Positions 18,093 through 27,865 of a DNA stretch of 64,000 nucleotides are shown here, in pieces (within the stretch, counting starts at the first letter, position 1; every line of letters begins with the position of its first letter). Position numbers and translations under genes: made by a program. Location: contig JAHJBY010000033.1 of the NCBI GenBank assembly GCA_018813285.1, positions 3,723 through 67,722 of the forward strand. The letters are read 5' to 3'. The notes beneath the pieces are model-generated. The model was not told the DNA's origin. It searched no databases and worked only from the letters and a program-made list of their open reading frames with translations. This DNA is from Candidatus Omnitrophota bacterium. Its GTDB lineage: Bacteria; Omnitrophota; Gorgyraeia; Tantalellales; Tantalellaceae.

Positions 18093-19624
18093 GGCTTTCC
18101 CGGTCTCTTATTCTTACGCTTGAACTCTTTTTTTAGAAGTTTAAGGACATCTTTACGTTTCGCGGCCAGGCAGAAAGCATCGACCACTTTAGGATCGAAC
18201 TGGACTCCGGAATTCTTTTTCACTTCTTCCACTGCCGCGCTGATGGAAAGAGCTTTTCGATACGGCTTTTCCAGTATCATCGCTTCGAACGCGGAGGCAA
18301 CCGCCATTACACGGGCAGACAATGGAATCTCCTCCTTCTTCAAGCCTTTCGGATATCCTGTCCCATTGTAATTTTCGTGATGATACAAAATGATCGGAAC
18401 AATGGGTTTTAGATGTTTTGACTTTGACAAAATATTGGCGCCCTTCCGGGGATGTGTTTTTACAATGTCCAGCTCTTCACCGGTCAATCCGCCTTTTTTC
18501 ATCAAAACCTTGTCCGGAATACTCATCTGTCCGGCATCGTGAAGCATAGCCGCGTACTGGATCATTTTGATCTCGCTTTCGTTCATCTGGAATTTGCGGC
18601 CGATTATGCTGATAAGTTTCAGAAATGACGCCGCCGCGCTGCCCCCCCCGGCCGGCCTGGCCTTTAGGAGCATCGCGATACACCGGATACTGCTCATTGT
18701 AAGGCTTTCCTGCTCACGAAATAAAAGTGAATTCTTTATGGCGATCACCGCCTGCTCCGCCATTGTCCTCATGATACCTTCGTCATACGCGGTGAACGGC
18801 GTATTATCAAGCTTATCATAGAGTGTTATCACGCCCACAACATCCTCTTCTATGAGCGGCGTCGCCAGGTAGCTTTTTCCGCGTATCGTCCGGGCCTTTT
18901 TCACGGCTTTCCCGGGGGCATATTTGCCGATCTCCACTTTTTTTAGTTTGGCTTTTTTCCTGCGCAGATCAACGGTCGTCTTCGGCAACAGGGTCTTGCC
19001 TTTTTTGTCCAGCAATTTTATAGAACATCGGTTGGCCTTGATCACCTGAAGCGCGAGCCGGGCTATTCTCGACAACAGCTCATTTAAGCTAAGGCTGGAA
19101 CTCATGAGTCTGTGAACGGTATGAACAGTTGAGAGCGCTATGGCCCGTGGACGTATCGTTTCGTTCAGCTCCGCAAGTTCTATCTCCTTCTGCGTCTCCC
19201 TGACTATCGTGTCTGAAAAAGATTGAAAGATAGCGCGCATATTCGCGGATATCCCGCCTTTTATTCCCACTAGTAAAATGAAACCAAAGACGTCCCCCTC
19301 AACCTTCAGGGGATAACACAAACCGTGGTAATTATCGCCATAGGCAAAAACTTCCAGTGTCTTTTTCCTCCGGGCGGATTTCACCACAGCAAAGATCTTG
19401 TTCTTATCCCGAACGCCTATTTTGTGCCCATACGCCTGTTCACGAATATGGGCCAACAACCTCTGCTTCGTTATCTCCATCTTGCTGTGGTGAACAAGCG
19501 ACACCATCACCCAGACAGGATCATGAAAAAATCTGCCGAAAGCCGAAACTTCCTTGCGAAAGTCCCAACTCGCGTTAAGCCGTGTGAATAGTGCCCGGTA
19601 ATATTTCAGTTTCTCTCTCTTCAT
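18089..19624 (-). CDS. HD-GYP domain c-di-GMP phosphodiesterase with N-terminal GAF-like domains
   Basis: LHDAGQ ... YHHENYNGTGYPKGL (HD, HHE and GYP motifs). Confidence 0.75.
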   Translation of the reverse strand: MKREKLKYYRALFTRLNASWDFRKEVSAFGRFFHDPVWVMVSLVHHSKMEITKQRLLAHIREQAYGHKIGVRDKNKIFAVVKSARRKKTLEVFAYGDNYHGLCYPLKVEGDVFGFILLVGIKGGISANMRAIFQSFSDTIVRETQKEIELAELNETIRPRAIALSTVHTVHRLMSSSLSLNELLSRIARLALQVIKANRCSIKLLDKKGKTLLPKTTVDLRRKKAKLKKVEIGKYAPGKAVKKARTIRGKSYLATPLIEEDVVGVITLYDKLDNTPFTAYDEGIMRTMAEQAVIAIKNSLLFREQESLTMSSIRCIAMLLKARPAGGGSAAASFLKLISIIGRKFQMNESEIKMIQYAAMLHDAGQMSIPDKVLMKKGGLTGEELDIVKTHPRKGANILSKSKHLKPIVPIILYHHENYNGTGYPKGLKKEEIPLSARVMAVASAFEAMILEKPYRKALSISAAVEEVKKNSGVQFDPKVVDAFCLAAKRKDVLKLLKKEFKRKNKRPGKP

Positions 19625-19627
19625 GTG

Positions 19628-20791
19628 CTATACCCTCTCATATGGCTCAAAAAGCCTTTTGTATTGATCAAGCGCGTAGCGGTCGGTCATCCCCGCAATG
19701 TAGTCACATATCGCGCGATATTTTCCCCTTACCCGCATGGCCTCTTTTGCCCCGGGTGGAAGTTGATCGGGATCGGCACAATATATCTCAAAGAGACTTT
19801 TCAAGAAACGTGACGCTTTGCCGGACATGCGAACCACTCTGTAATGCTTATACAACCTGTCTACAAGCAGTTTTTTTAAAAAAACACGCCTCTCCTCCAT
19901 TCCTTCTGAAAAACAAACGATCTTGCCGCCGCCCCCGGGAATATCTCCCGCCTTCTTCAATCGCAATGAATCGATAACCGCCGCCGTATTTTGAAGCAGA
20001 TCCGACACCTGAAGGTCTATCAATTTGCGTATGATCTGTATCCGCCGGATCTCCGGGTTCGGTATTTCTTTTTTTCCGCCGACAGCCGCGTAGGCCTCTC
20101 CCCAGAGAGATACACCCGACAGATCGTCTTCGACGAGAAGCGCGCTTTTTAACCCGTCATCCAGATCGTGGTTGTTGTACGCTATCTCGTCCGCAATGTC
20201 AACCACCTGGATCTCGAGAAGCCATGGCCCCGGCACATGCGCCTTGCCCATTCTCTCCATATCGAACGGGGTGGAATGGCGGATGATCCCCCTTCGGACC
20301 TCGGCCGTAAGATTTAACCCCGGGAATTCCGGATAACGCTCCTCGAGCTCATCAACCACCCGGAGACCCTGGGAATTATGATCGAACCCGCCGTGTTCTT
20401 TCATCAACGTTGAAAGGGTATCTTCACCGGAATGTCCGAACGGCGTATGGCCAAGATCGTGGGCAAGCGCTATGGCCTCGACCAGGTCCTCGTTAAGCCG
20501 GAGAACGCGCGCTATGGCCCGCGAGATCTGCGCGACTTCAAGGGTATGCGTAAGTCTTGTCCGGTAATAATCCCCCTCATGGTTAACAAAAACCTGGGTC
20601 TTATACTCCAGTCTCCTGAATGATGTGGAATGGATTACGCGCTCTTTGTCGCGCTGATAGGCCGATCGGTAAGCGTGTTCCTTTTCGGGATGGACCCTCC
20701 CCATGCTTTCCGCGCTTTTCATCGCGTACGGAGCGAGCCACTCGGATTCGCGCGTTTCTATTACCTTTCGTGTAAGAATATCGCTTCCCAT
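19628..20791 (-). CDS. dgt: dGTP triphosphohydrolase-like HD phosphohydrolase
   Basis: RTRLTHTLEVAQISR ... ALAHDLGHTPFGH. Confidence 0.8.
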   Translation of the reverse strand: MGSDILTRKVIETRESEWLAPYAMKSAESMGRVHPEKEHAYRSAYQRDKERVIHSTSFRRLEYKTQVFVNHEGDYYRTRLTHTLEVAQISRAIARVLRLNEDLVEAIALAHDLGHTPFGHSGEDTLSTLMKEHGGFDHNSQGLRVVDELEERYPEFPGLNLTAEVRRGIIRHSTPFDMERMGKAHVPGPWLLEIQVVDIADEIAYNNHDLDDGLKSALLVEDDLSGVSLWGEAYAAVGGKKEIPNPEIRRIQIIRKLIDLQVSDLLQNTAAVIDSLRLKKAGDIPGGGGKIVCFSEGMEERRVFLKKLLVDRLYKHYRVVRMSGKASRFLKSLFEIYCADPDQLPPGAKEAMRVRGKYRAICDYIAGMTDRYALDQYKRLFEPYERV

Positions 20792-20808
20792 ATCGTTCGT
20801 CTTGTTCT

Positions 20809-21783
20809 TTACCGCACAAAATATACTATCACAAAGCCGGCAAAACCTATAGCAAAAATCGCGGTTGTATCCCAGTTGAACCGAGAGGATGTTTCTTTTT
20901 TAACGAGCGAACTGACAACGAAAACCAACGATGTCACGAGCATCACGGCCGTGACAAACACCTGTCCTCTCGTAAGCATGCCAAGAATGGGGGTCTTATT
21001 AAGAATGTCCAGCAAGGGGATAATACAAATGTCGAACATATTGCTTCCCAGCACATTTCCAACGGCCATGTTAAGAGACCCCGCGCGCAACGCGGCGAAA
21101 GTAACTATTATTTCCGGAAGTGAAGTCGCAAGACCGAGAAAAAGAACTCCGGTGAATGTCTGTGACAATCCTGTCGTATTGACGATCGCCTCACCGATCT
21201 TCGCCATCCATGCCCCTAAACAAACAACAACAAAAAGAAGCCCGATGAATTTTCCCCAGATCATCCATTTTGACCCGGTGTTTTTTTCCGCCTCACCTTT
21301 TTCCGCCGTCTCCGTATTTTTAAACTTACGCAACGCGATAAAGTAGATCAAAATAATAATAAAATTTTCCGCCCCAAGCCCCATGAAAGACGGGATAGCG
21401 CGCCCCGACACGCGCGTAACACTCGCTCCCAGGACAACAAAACTAAGCAGCAGTATCACAACACCGCTCATTCGGTTGAGCCGTGATATTTTGAGGAGCA
21501 TCCGGCCCTTTCCTGAAAAATAATCCACGCCGAAAAGGATCATAAAATTAATGATCACCGATCCTACGATATCCGCGTATCCAAGGCCGACTTTGCCGAG
21601 AAAATAAACAGAAGTCGCGGCCGTCGATATTTCAGGGAATGATGTAGCGATAGCAAGGAAAATCATACCGATGATGCCGGGAGAAATATGTGTTTTTTCT
21701 GAAAGAACAACGCCTTCCCGGCAAAGATGATAGGAGAACCATGTCAGCGCCGTACTGCATATGAGAAACTGTATCCAGATCAT
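20809..21783 (-). CDS. Ca2+/cation antiporter (CaCA / YrbG-type Na+/Ca2+ exchanger)
   Basis: Two alpha-repeats with ATSFPEISTA and ATSLPEIIVTFAA. Confidence 0.7.
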   Translation of the reverse strand: MIWIQFLICSTALTWFSYHLCREGVVLSEKTHISPGIIGMIFLAIATSFPEISTAATSVYFLGKVGLGYADIVGSVIINFMILFGVDYFSGKGRMLLKISRLNRMSGVVILLLSFVVLGASVTRVSGRAIPSFMGLGAENFIIILIYFIALRKFKNTETAEKGEAEKNTGSKWMIWGKFIGLLFVVVCLGAWMAKIGEAIVNTTGLSQTFTGVLFLGLATSLPEIIVTFAALRAGSLNMAVGNVLGSNMFDICIIPLLDILNKTPILGMLTRGQVFVTAVMLVTSLVFVVSSLVKKETSSRFNWDTTAIFAIGFAGFVIVYFVR

Positions 21784-21798
21784 TATTTTGGGCCGTTT

Positions 21799-22290
21799 TC
21801 AATCAAGCCTGATTATCTCCGCCTTAATACTGCCAGGCGATATGTCAATTATACCGAAAGACCTGTACGGCGCGAACATTCTGTCCGACACGCTACCGGG
21901 GTTTAAAAAAAGTATTTTATCGATCATTTCGTTGAAAGGGATGTGCGTATGGCCAAAAATGATCACATCCGGTTTTTTGCCTTTGAAGGATTTTTTCGCG
22001 GTCTGGCGGGCGGCGTAAGAAGGTCCATATCCGTGCACAACTCCGATCACTTTGCCGTCGGCCTCAAAAAGCAATGTTTCAGGAAGCGCCTTCTTTACTT
22101 CCGGGCTGTCCATGTTGCCACAAACCGCGTGTGTTATGGCTTGAAGCCGAAGTTCATTTATCACTTTCATTTCAGTGGCGTCACCCGCGTGGACGACGCA
22201 ATCGCAATCTTTGATCTGCTCTTTTATTTTTTCAGGGAGATCCTCGGCAGACGCGGGTATGTGTGTGTCGGAAATGACCACTATCTTCAT
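21799..22290 (-). CDS. YfcE/MJ0936-family metallophosphoesterase
   Basis: MKIVVISDTH ... GDATE ... GHTHIPF. Confidence 0.7.
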   Translation of the reverse strand: MKIVVISDTHIPASAEDLPEKIKEQIKDCDCVVHAGDATEMKVINELRLQAITHAVCGNMDSPEVKKALPETLLFEADGKVIGVVHGYGPSYAARQTAKKSFKGKKPDVIIFGHTHIPFNEMIDKILFLNPGSVSDRMFAPYRSFGIIDISPGSIKAEIIRLD

Positions 22291-23933
22291 AATGCTAACT
22301 CAAACTTTCCGAACAAGCGAAGTATCCTGTTAAGTTGTTCAATGTCCCAAACCCAAATATTGCGCTCTTTCGCCAGAAGAAACGCGTTGTTTTCTATGCC
22401 ATTAAGCGGCATCATGATCCTTCGACTGACCTTTAAACCTTCGCCGCGCACCCGAAAGCTCGCCAGAAGCGCCACATCCGCTTCTTCCGCTATGTCCCCT
22501 TCTTTAATATGGCACACCCACGCGTTTCCTCCCGCATGCCCGATAATTTCATTTGTATTCCCTGATATCCGCCTGGATGTGACAGCATCCAAAACCGGCA
22601 CCTTGCGTTGATGCGTCCCGATATAGACCATCTCGCTATGAAAAGAAGAAAAAAGCGCGCTTACAATGTCCGTCACGCTCCTTAAATTAAACTCGCAATA
22701 CTCACTGAAATCGCTGTCAACAGAGTGGCAAAATTCCAGATATTTAATGTCCATCTCGTCAACAACGGCATCCGCTTTCAACCCATAAACGTTCTTTAAC
22801 CAGAATTCGAAAAGTCTGTCCTGCACCTTATAAAATATGCCGCTTTTGTAAACAAGATCCATGTTCCGCAATTGTTCGAGCTTCACCCGCAACTCTCTAT
22901 CGGCCCTCGCCATGTCTCCCTTTATATCCTTTATCCGTGAATTTCCTCTTGCCAGAGACACTAATATCGGAATGAGCTGTTTGCGCGTCTTTTTTTCAAG
23001 AAAGAAATTGACTGTGTTAGAGAAATATTGATTGAGGACACCGTTCGCTTCATATAGCAGCTCAGAAAACGAATTCATGAGGCACGCTTTCGGATTTTTT
23101 CCTATTCCGTCATCAGCCGCGCTCGCGGCATGAACATATCGCTTCAGTATTGTCTCGAGATAAAAAGGATTGCCCTGAGAAAGCTGGATCATGTAGTTTT
23201 CAATATTGTTCGGGATCAATATATCAACCTGTTTGTCAGCAATAAATGACCGGGCAGTCCGATTGTCAAATCCATTCACCTCAATGACTTCAAAATTACC
23301 GAATAAAAGCGATAATTTCCTGGAAAGTATTTCTTTCAACAGCGTTTTTTGTGAGCTGGAAACAATGTACATGGTGTTTTTCTGCACCATAATGAACTTA
23401 CCGAACACCTGAAACGGTTTCTTTAGGCCAAAACCTGCCAGATTATGGAATTCGTCGAGTACGATCACGCATTTCTTCCCCGTTTCGGCCTTAAAAACGG
23501 ATGTGATATCCAGGAGTTTCTCATACGCGACGTTCTTTCTCCTCCTCGCCAAAGAAATGAGCACTTCATCTATCTGTCGCACTGTAGAAGGGATACTCTC
23601 CCTGCATGCTACGCGCAACGGATCAAGCTCAACAGGCGGTGTGGCGTTTTCTCCCCGCAAACATTGATATTGATAAAGAAGCGTAGCCATGAACCTCTCG
23701 CAGAAAGAGCGAAAATCATCCCCGACCATCTCTACGTATACCGGAAGGATATCCGAGGATTTTACGGTCTTGAGAAAATGCCTGAGAATGGATGATTTGC
23801 CGGCAAGCATCGGTCCGGTAAGCGCAAGATTCTGCCTGTAACCGCCTTTTACAGCCGTCACCCTTTTATGCAAGGTCGCAAGGATATCTTCTCGTCCAAA
23901 AAATTTTTTGCCAAATACCGGTTCAATAAACAT
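22287..23933 (-). CDS. AAA-superfamily ATPase (archaeal-type ATPase domain) with C-terminal DUF234-like region
   Basis: Walker A GPMLAGKSSIL; Walker B VIVLDEFHNL. Domain assignment is from memory. It lies next to the tRNA-Gly gene. Confidence 0.5.
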   Translation of the reverse strand: MFIEPVFGKKFFGREDILATLHKRVTAVKGGYRQNLALTGPMLAGKSSILRHFLKTVKSSDILPVYVEMVGDDFRSFCERFMATLLYQYQCLRGENATPPVELDPLRVACRESIPSTVRQIDEVLISLARRRKNVAYEKLLDITSVFKAETGKKCVIVLDEFHNLAGFGLKKPFQVFGKFIMVQKNTMYIVSSSQKTLLKEILSRKLSLLFGNFEVIEVNGFDNRTARSFIADKQVDILIPNNIENYMIQLSQGNPFYLETILKRYVHAASAADDGIGKNPKACLMNSFSELLYEANGVLNQYFSNTVNFFLEKKTRKQLIPILVSLARGNSRIKDIKGDMARADRELRVKLEQLRNMDLVYKSGIFYKVQDRLFEFWLKNVYGLKADAVVDEMDIKYLEFCHSVDSDFSEYCEFNLRSVTDIVSALFSSFHSEMVYIGTHQRKVPVLDAVTSRRISGNTNEIIGHAGGNAWVCHIKEGDIAEEADVALLASFRVRGEGLKVSRRIMMPLNGIENNAFLLAKERNIWVWDIEQLNRILRLFGKFELAL

Positions 23934-23961
23934 TATTTCTCAACTATTCGTTTCGTGTACA

Positions 23962-24035
23962 ATGGAGCGAGCGAGGGGAATCGAACCCCCGTCACCAGCT
24001 TGGGAAGCTGGAGTTCTACCATTGAACCACGCTCG
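23962..24035 (-). tRNA. tRNA-Gly (anticodon CCC)
   Basis: Reverse complement folds by hand: acceptor GCGAGCG/CGCTCGC, D-stem GTTC/GAAC, anticodon stem CCAGC/GCTGG with loop TTCCCAA, T-loop TTCGATT, discriminator U, encoded CCA. 74 nt. Confidence 0.8.
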
Positions 24036-24947
24036 CTAAAACCTCGTTATACGTCCCAAGCACTTATACCGTCCGTCAATATCTCTCCTGGAAATATCCA
24101 CTAATCCATCTACGCTGAATTTTTCAACGGCATAAGACGCCAATATACTACCATATACCAACGCGCTTCTCAAGTCTCTATCGGTTATCGTTCGTTTTCC
24201 GGACAGGTACCCGATCATCCCCCCGGCGAACGTATCGCCGGCCCCCGTTGGATCCTTCACATCATGTATCAGAAAAGGCGGCACAATAAAACTAAGCCCC
24301 TTAGAAAAAAGCAACGCGCCATGCTCTCCTTTTTTGATCACAACCGTCCGGACCCCCCTGGACGCGATGCTTTGCGCCGCTTTTAAAAGATTAAACTCAC
24401 CGGACAGCTGACGAGCTTCCTCGTCGTTCAACAGGAGAAGGTCCACCTTTTTCAGCAGTTTCAATAACGCCCGCCGCTTGGTATTGATCCAGAGGTCCAT
24501 TGTATCGCATGCCACCAATCCGGCAGGCTTAATTCTCTTGAATATCCAATCCTGAAGTTCCGGATCAATATTGGCCAGCAGCAAATAATCCTCCGAACTG
24601 ACGTTCGCGGGGATCTCCGGACGAAAACCGTTAAAAACATTAAGATCTACGCTCAGCGTCTTTCTATGAGTCAGGTCAGAATCATATTTCCCCTTCCACC
24701 TGAAGGTCTTACCTTTCTTTCGTGTAAGCCCCGATGTGTCCACCCCCCGTTTCTTGAACATTTGGAAATATTTTTCCGGAAAATCGGTACCAACTACACT
24801 TATAAGATTCACCGGCGCGAAAAACGACGCGCTAAGGGCGGCAAACACAGCTGATCCCCCGAGAACGTTAGCCCGCGAGCCCCTTGCCGTCTCGACGCTG
24901 TCGAAGGCGACCGAACCTATAACCGTGACTTTCGTCTTTTTCTTCAT
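24036..24947 (-). CDS. PfkB-family carbohydrate kinase
   Basis: DPTGAGDTFAGG anion-hole motif and an N-terminal GG-type motif. Confidence 0.7.
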   Translation of the reverse strand: MKKKTKVTVIGSVAFDSVETARGSRANVLGGSAVFAALSASFFAPVNLISVVGTDFPEKYFQMFKKRGVDTSGLTRKKGKTFRWKGKYDSDLTHRKTLSVDLNVFNGFRPEIPANVSSEDYLLLANIDPELQDWIFKRIKPAGLVACDTMDLWINTKRRALLKLLKKVDLLLLNDEEARQLSGEFNLLKAAQSIASRGVRTVVIKKGEHGALLFSKGLSFIVPPFLIHDVKDPTGAGDTFAGGMIGYLSGKRTITDRDLRSALVYGSILASYAVEKFSVDGLVDISRRDIDGRYKCLGRITRF

Positions 24948-26218
24948 TTTTTACCCCGGGCGCTTTTTTTCCCAAGGCCCTCCTCCATCATTTTGATCGA
25001 GCAGAACTCGGCGCACATCGCGCATACATCTTCCTCTGTCGGTTGGGACTCAAGGCGCATCTTCTTCGGCAGTTCCGGGTCGAGAGAAAGCCGGAACTGG
25101 GTTTTCCAATCCCTTTTCGCGCGTGCCTTCGATATTGCCAGATCTCGTCTGGCCGCGGATGGGATGCCCTTAACAATATCCGCGGCGTGTGCCGCGATCT
25201 TTGAAGCAATAACGCCTTTTTTTACGTCATCCACATCAGGAAGCTTCACATGTTCCGCCGGCGTCACATAACACAAGAAATCCGCCCCATGCCACGCGGC
25301 AACAGCGCCTCCAATGGCTGAAGTTATATGGTCATATCCCGGCGCGGCATCGGTAACAAGCGGTCCCAACACGTAGAACGGCGATCCGTGACAGATCTTT
25401 TTCTGTAATTTTACGTTCATCTCTATCTGATCAAGGGGCATATGGCCCGGACCTTCTATCATAACCTGCACACCCCGGGACATCGCCCTCTGCTGCAACC
25501 TTCCGAGAACAAGAAGTTCTTGTATCTGCAGGTGATCCGTAGCATCCTGAATAGCGCCGGGCCGCAAACTGTCACCAAGGCTCAATGTGATCGAATACCT
25601 TTTCGCTATCTCCATCACCCTGTCAAACTGCGTCAGAAAAGGATTTTCCCGTCCGGCATCTAACATCCAGGACGCAAGCAACGCTCCCCCTCGTGACACA
25701 ATGCTAATTACCCGTGGTTTTTTTACCGCGAAACGCGCGGCATCGATCGTTATTCCCGCGTGGATAGTAAAAAAATCTACGCCCTCATCGGCCTGTTTCT
25801 CTAACACGTCAACAAAATCGCTTTCGCCCAGAGATCGGAATTCTTTCTTTTTTCCGCAGGCCAGATCATAGATCGGTACTGTCCCCACCGGAACGGGGCA
25901 ACAGCCGAGTATTTTTCTTCTCAGTTTCCGGATAGACGATCCGGTAGAGAGATCCATTACCGTGTCGGCCCCGGCTTCCACCGCGGCATTCATCTTCTTC
26001 ATTTCAAGAGCGACACTGGAGTTACCGGATGATAGACCGATATTCGCGTTGACTTTTGTCGTCATGCCCTTTCCGACCGCGCAAGGCCGGGCAACCCCGC
26101 GAGTGTTGTTCTTTAGCACGACAATCGTACCGTCGGCGATCCCTTTTTTTATTTCCCGTGCGGACGCGTCTTCAAGTCGCGCGGCTTTCGTGATGAGTTT
26201 GTCAGGAAGTGTTATCAT
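24944..26218 (-). CDS. thiC: phosphomethylpyrimidine synthase
   Basis: EGPGHMPL; C-terminal CAMCAEFCS Fe-S motif. Confidence 0.9.
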   Translation of the reverse strand: MITLPDKLITKAARLEDASAREIKKGIADGTIVVLKNNTRGVARPCAVGKGMTTKVNANIGLSSGNSSVALEMKKMNAAVEAGADTVMDLSTGSSIRKLRRKILGCCPVPVGTVPIYDLACGKKKEFRSLGESDFVDVLEKQADEGVDFFTIHAGITIDAARFAVKKPRVISIVSRGGALLASWMLDAGRENPFLTQFDRVMEIAKRYSITLSLGDSLRPGAIQDATDHLQIQELLVLGRLQQRAMSRGVQVMIEGPGHMPLDQIEMNVKLQKKICHGSPFYVLGPLVTDAAPGYDHITSAIGGAVAAWHGADFLCYVTPAEHVKLPDVDDVKKGVIASKIAAHAADIVKGIPSAARRDLAISKARAKRDWKTQFRLSLDPELPKKMRLESQPTEEDVCAMCAEFCSIKMMEEGLGKKSARGKK

Positions 26219-26276
26219 TTGATCTCCGGCGCCGCCTTTCTGTCTTTTTTTATTGTGATGAGCGTTTATTCATTAT

Positions 26277-26699
26277 TCAGCAATGCCTTATTTCCTTAAC
26301 CGCCTGTTTCTCGATCTCGTAAAGTTTGAACCGGAACTCTTTAAATCGTTGAGACAATTCTCTGTCAAACAGTTTCAGCACCTCTTCAAGCACACGCAGG
26401 GATTCTTTCCCGCGCTGCGTATTCGCCAGAAACAGGTCCGCAAGATCGTCTCTTGTTTTTTCGGAATCCGTACTTTTGGTCCCCACATCCCGGCCGGTAT
26501 CCCTCGAATGGACAAGCTCTTCGAAATGCTCGTTACGCAGATCTTTGATGGCGGAAAAAACGCTGTGGCGAAGTTCTTTTAACCGCAAGGTCAAGACTTC
26601 ATTGTTCGTTGAGAAACGAATGATATCCTCACATACCCGAACGCCTTCCATTACTCTGTTCAGATTCGCGTCAATAATTCTGTATACGCCCGTATCCAT
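26277..26699 (-). CDS. hypothetical protein resembling the N-terminal extension domain of some ThiE proteins (YRIIDANLNR...EG.RV.ED..RF)
   Basis: Motif recalled from ThiE N-terminal extensions. Directly upstream of thiC on the same strand. Confidence 0.3.
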   Translation of the reverse strand: MDTGVYRIIDANLNRVMEGVRVCEDIIRFSTNNEVLTLRLKELRHSVFSAIKDLRNEHFEELVHSRDTGRDVGTKSTDSEKTRDDLADLFLANTQRGKESLRVLEEVLKLFDRELSQRFKEFRFKLYEIEKQAVKEIRHC

Positions 26700-26768
26700 G
26701 ATTTAGTCCATAAATAAAGTATTGCGTTTAGTTTTTAGTTTCTAGTTTTTAGTTTTCAGCATCACCCA

Positions 26769-27284
26769 TTACTTTTTGACCCGACGTTTCAGGGCGGGGG
26801 AACCCCGCCCCCACTTGCCCCTCATTTTCTCGATGATCGCCGTCGTCGAAAAACCTTCCACGTACGGAATTATCCTCACCGACCCGCCGTTAGCCTTTAC
26901 GTGCCGGGCCCCGACGACAGAACCCTCTGTCCAGTCTCCGCCTTTAAACAGGATACGCGGCCTCAGGTACCGGATGAGTTCTTCGGGCGTGTCTTCATGG
27001 AACAGTGTCAGAAAGTCCACACATTCCAGTTCGGCCAATACTTCCATCCTGGCCGATTCATCGTTGATCGGACGGCTTTCTCCCTTTAATCCGCGTACTG
27101 AATCGTTACTGTTGACTCCAACAACAAGAACGTCGCACCCGGATTTCGCGGCCCGCAGGTATTTCACATGACCCGCATGCAGAATATCAAAACACCCATT
27201 GGTAAACCCTATGGTCTTGCCGTTATCAGCAGCGCTCTTTAACGCCTCTTTCAGCTCGGCCCGTGTTTTGATCTTCGTCGTCAT
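26769..27284 (-). CDS. D-glycero-beta-D-manno-heptose 1-phosphate adenylyltransferase (RfaE domain II / HldE C-terminal type)
   Basis: GCFDILHAGH cytidylyltransferase motif. The last ~16 codons (GKWGRGSPALKRRVKK) are encoded by the GC-hairpin repeat at 26784-26825. Confidence 0.75.
   Translation of the reverse strand: MTTKIKTRAELKEALKSAADNGKTIGFTNGCFDILHAGHVKYLRAAKSGCDVLVVGVNSNDSVRGLKGESRPINDESARMEVLAELECVDFLTLFHEDTPEELIRYLRPRILFKGGDWTEGSVVGARHVKANGGSVRIIPYVEGFSTTAIIEKMRGKWGRGSPALKRRVKK
26784..26825. repeat. GC-hairpin repeat (identical 26-mer copy of 12488-12513) overlapping the 3' end of the rfaE2-like CDS
   Basis: gacgtttcagggcgggggaaccccgc, then ccccacttgcccctc. Preceded by a (TAGTTTT)n run at 26727-26755. 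Confidence 0.5.
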
Positions 27285-27856
27285 ATGGCCTCTTCAACCA
27301 GTTTGCATAACGCATGAATGATCAAAATATGCGTTTCCTGCACACGGGCGGTATTATTCTCTCTCACGATTACCGGGATATCGGATAACCGCGATAGTTT
27401 CCCGCCAGATCTCCCGGTGAGACCGATAACCGTAATCCCTTTTTCCTGCGCTGTCCGAACGGCATCAAGAATGTTGGGAGAATTACCGCTTGTGGATATC
27501 GCGACGACCACGTCATTCGGACGGGCCAACGCGTCTATCTGGCGGCTAAATATTTTTTCAAACGCGTAGTCGTTGGCGGCAGCCGTTATATTTGAGGTGT
27601 TGGCGTTAAGGGCAATACATGGAAGAGCCTTCCTGTCTTTCTCAAATCTTACCATTAGTTCCGCGGCCATATGCTGGCTATCGGCGGCACTGCCTCCGTT
27701 ACCGAAAACCATCACCTTACCGCCTTTCTTCAAACAGTCGGAGATCACCCCGGCAGCTTTAACAATAACGGCCACGCCTTCTGTATTGCCCAAAAACTCC
27801 GTTTTAACCCGTATGCTTTCTTTGAATATCTCTTTGACCTTATCGACCGCGTCCAT
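27281..27856 (-). CDS. gmhA: phosphoheptose isomerase (SIS domain)
   Basis: VFGNGGSAADSQH ... AISTSGNSPN. Confidence 0.8.
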   Translation of the reverse strand: MDAVDKVKEIFKESIRVKTEFLGNTEGVAVIVKAAGVISDCLKKGGKVMVFGNGGSAADSQHMAAELMVRFEKDRKALPCIALNANTSNITAAANDYAFEKIFSRQIDALARPNDVVVAISTSGNSPNILDAVRTAQEKGITVIGLTGRSGGKLSRLSDIPVIVRENNTARVQETHILIIHALCKLVEEAI

Positions 27857-27865
27857 ATCTATCCC

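Noticed and set aside
26219-26768. Expected TPP (THI-box) riboswitch upstream of thiC
   Set aside because: No CUGAGA...ACCUGAUCUGGAUAAUGCCAGCG-like core was found in 26219-26276 or 26700-26768. The upstream spacer holds only a (TAGTTTT)n run and the GC-hairpin repeat.
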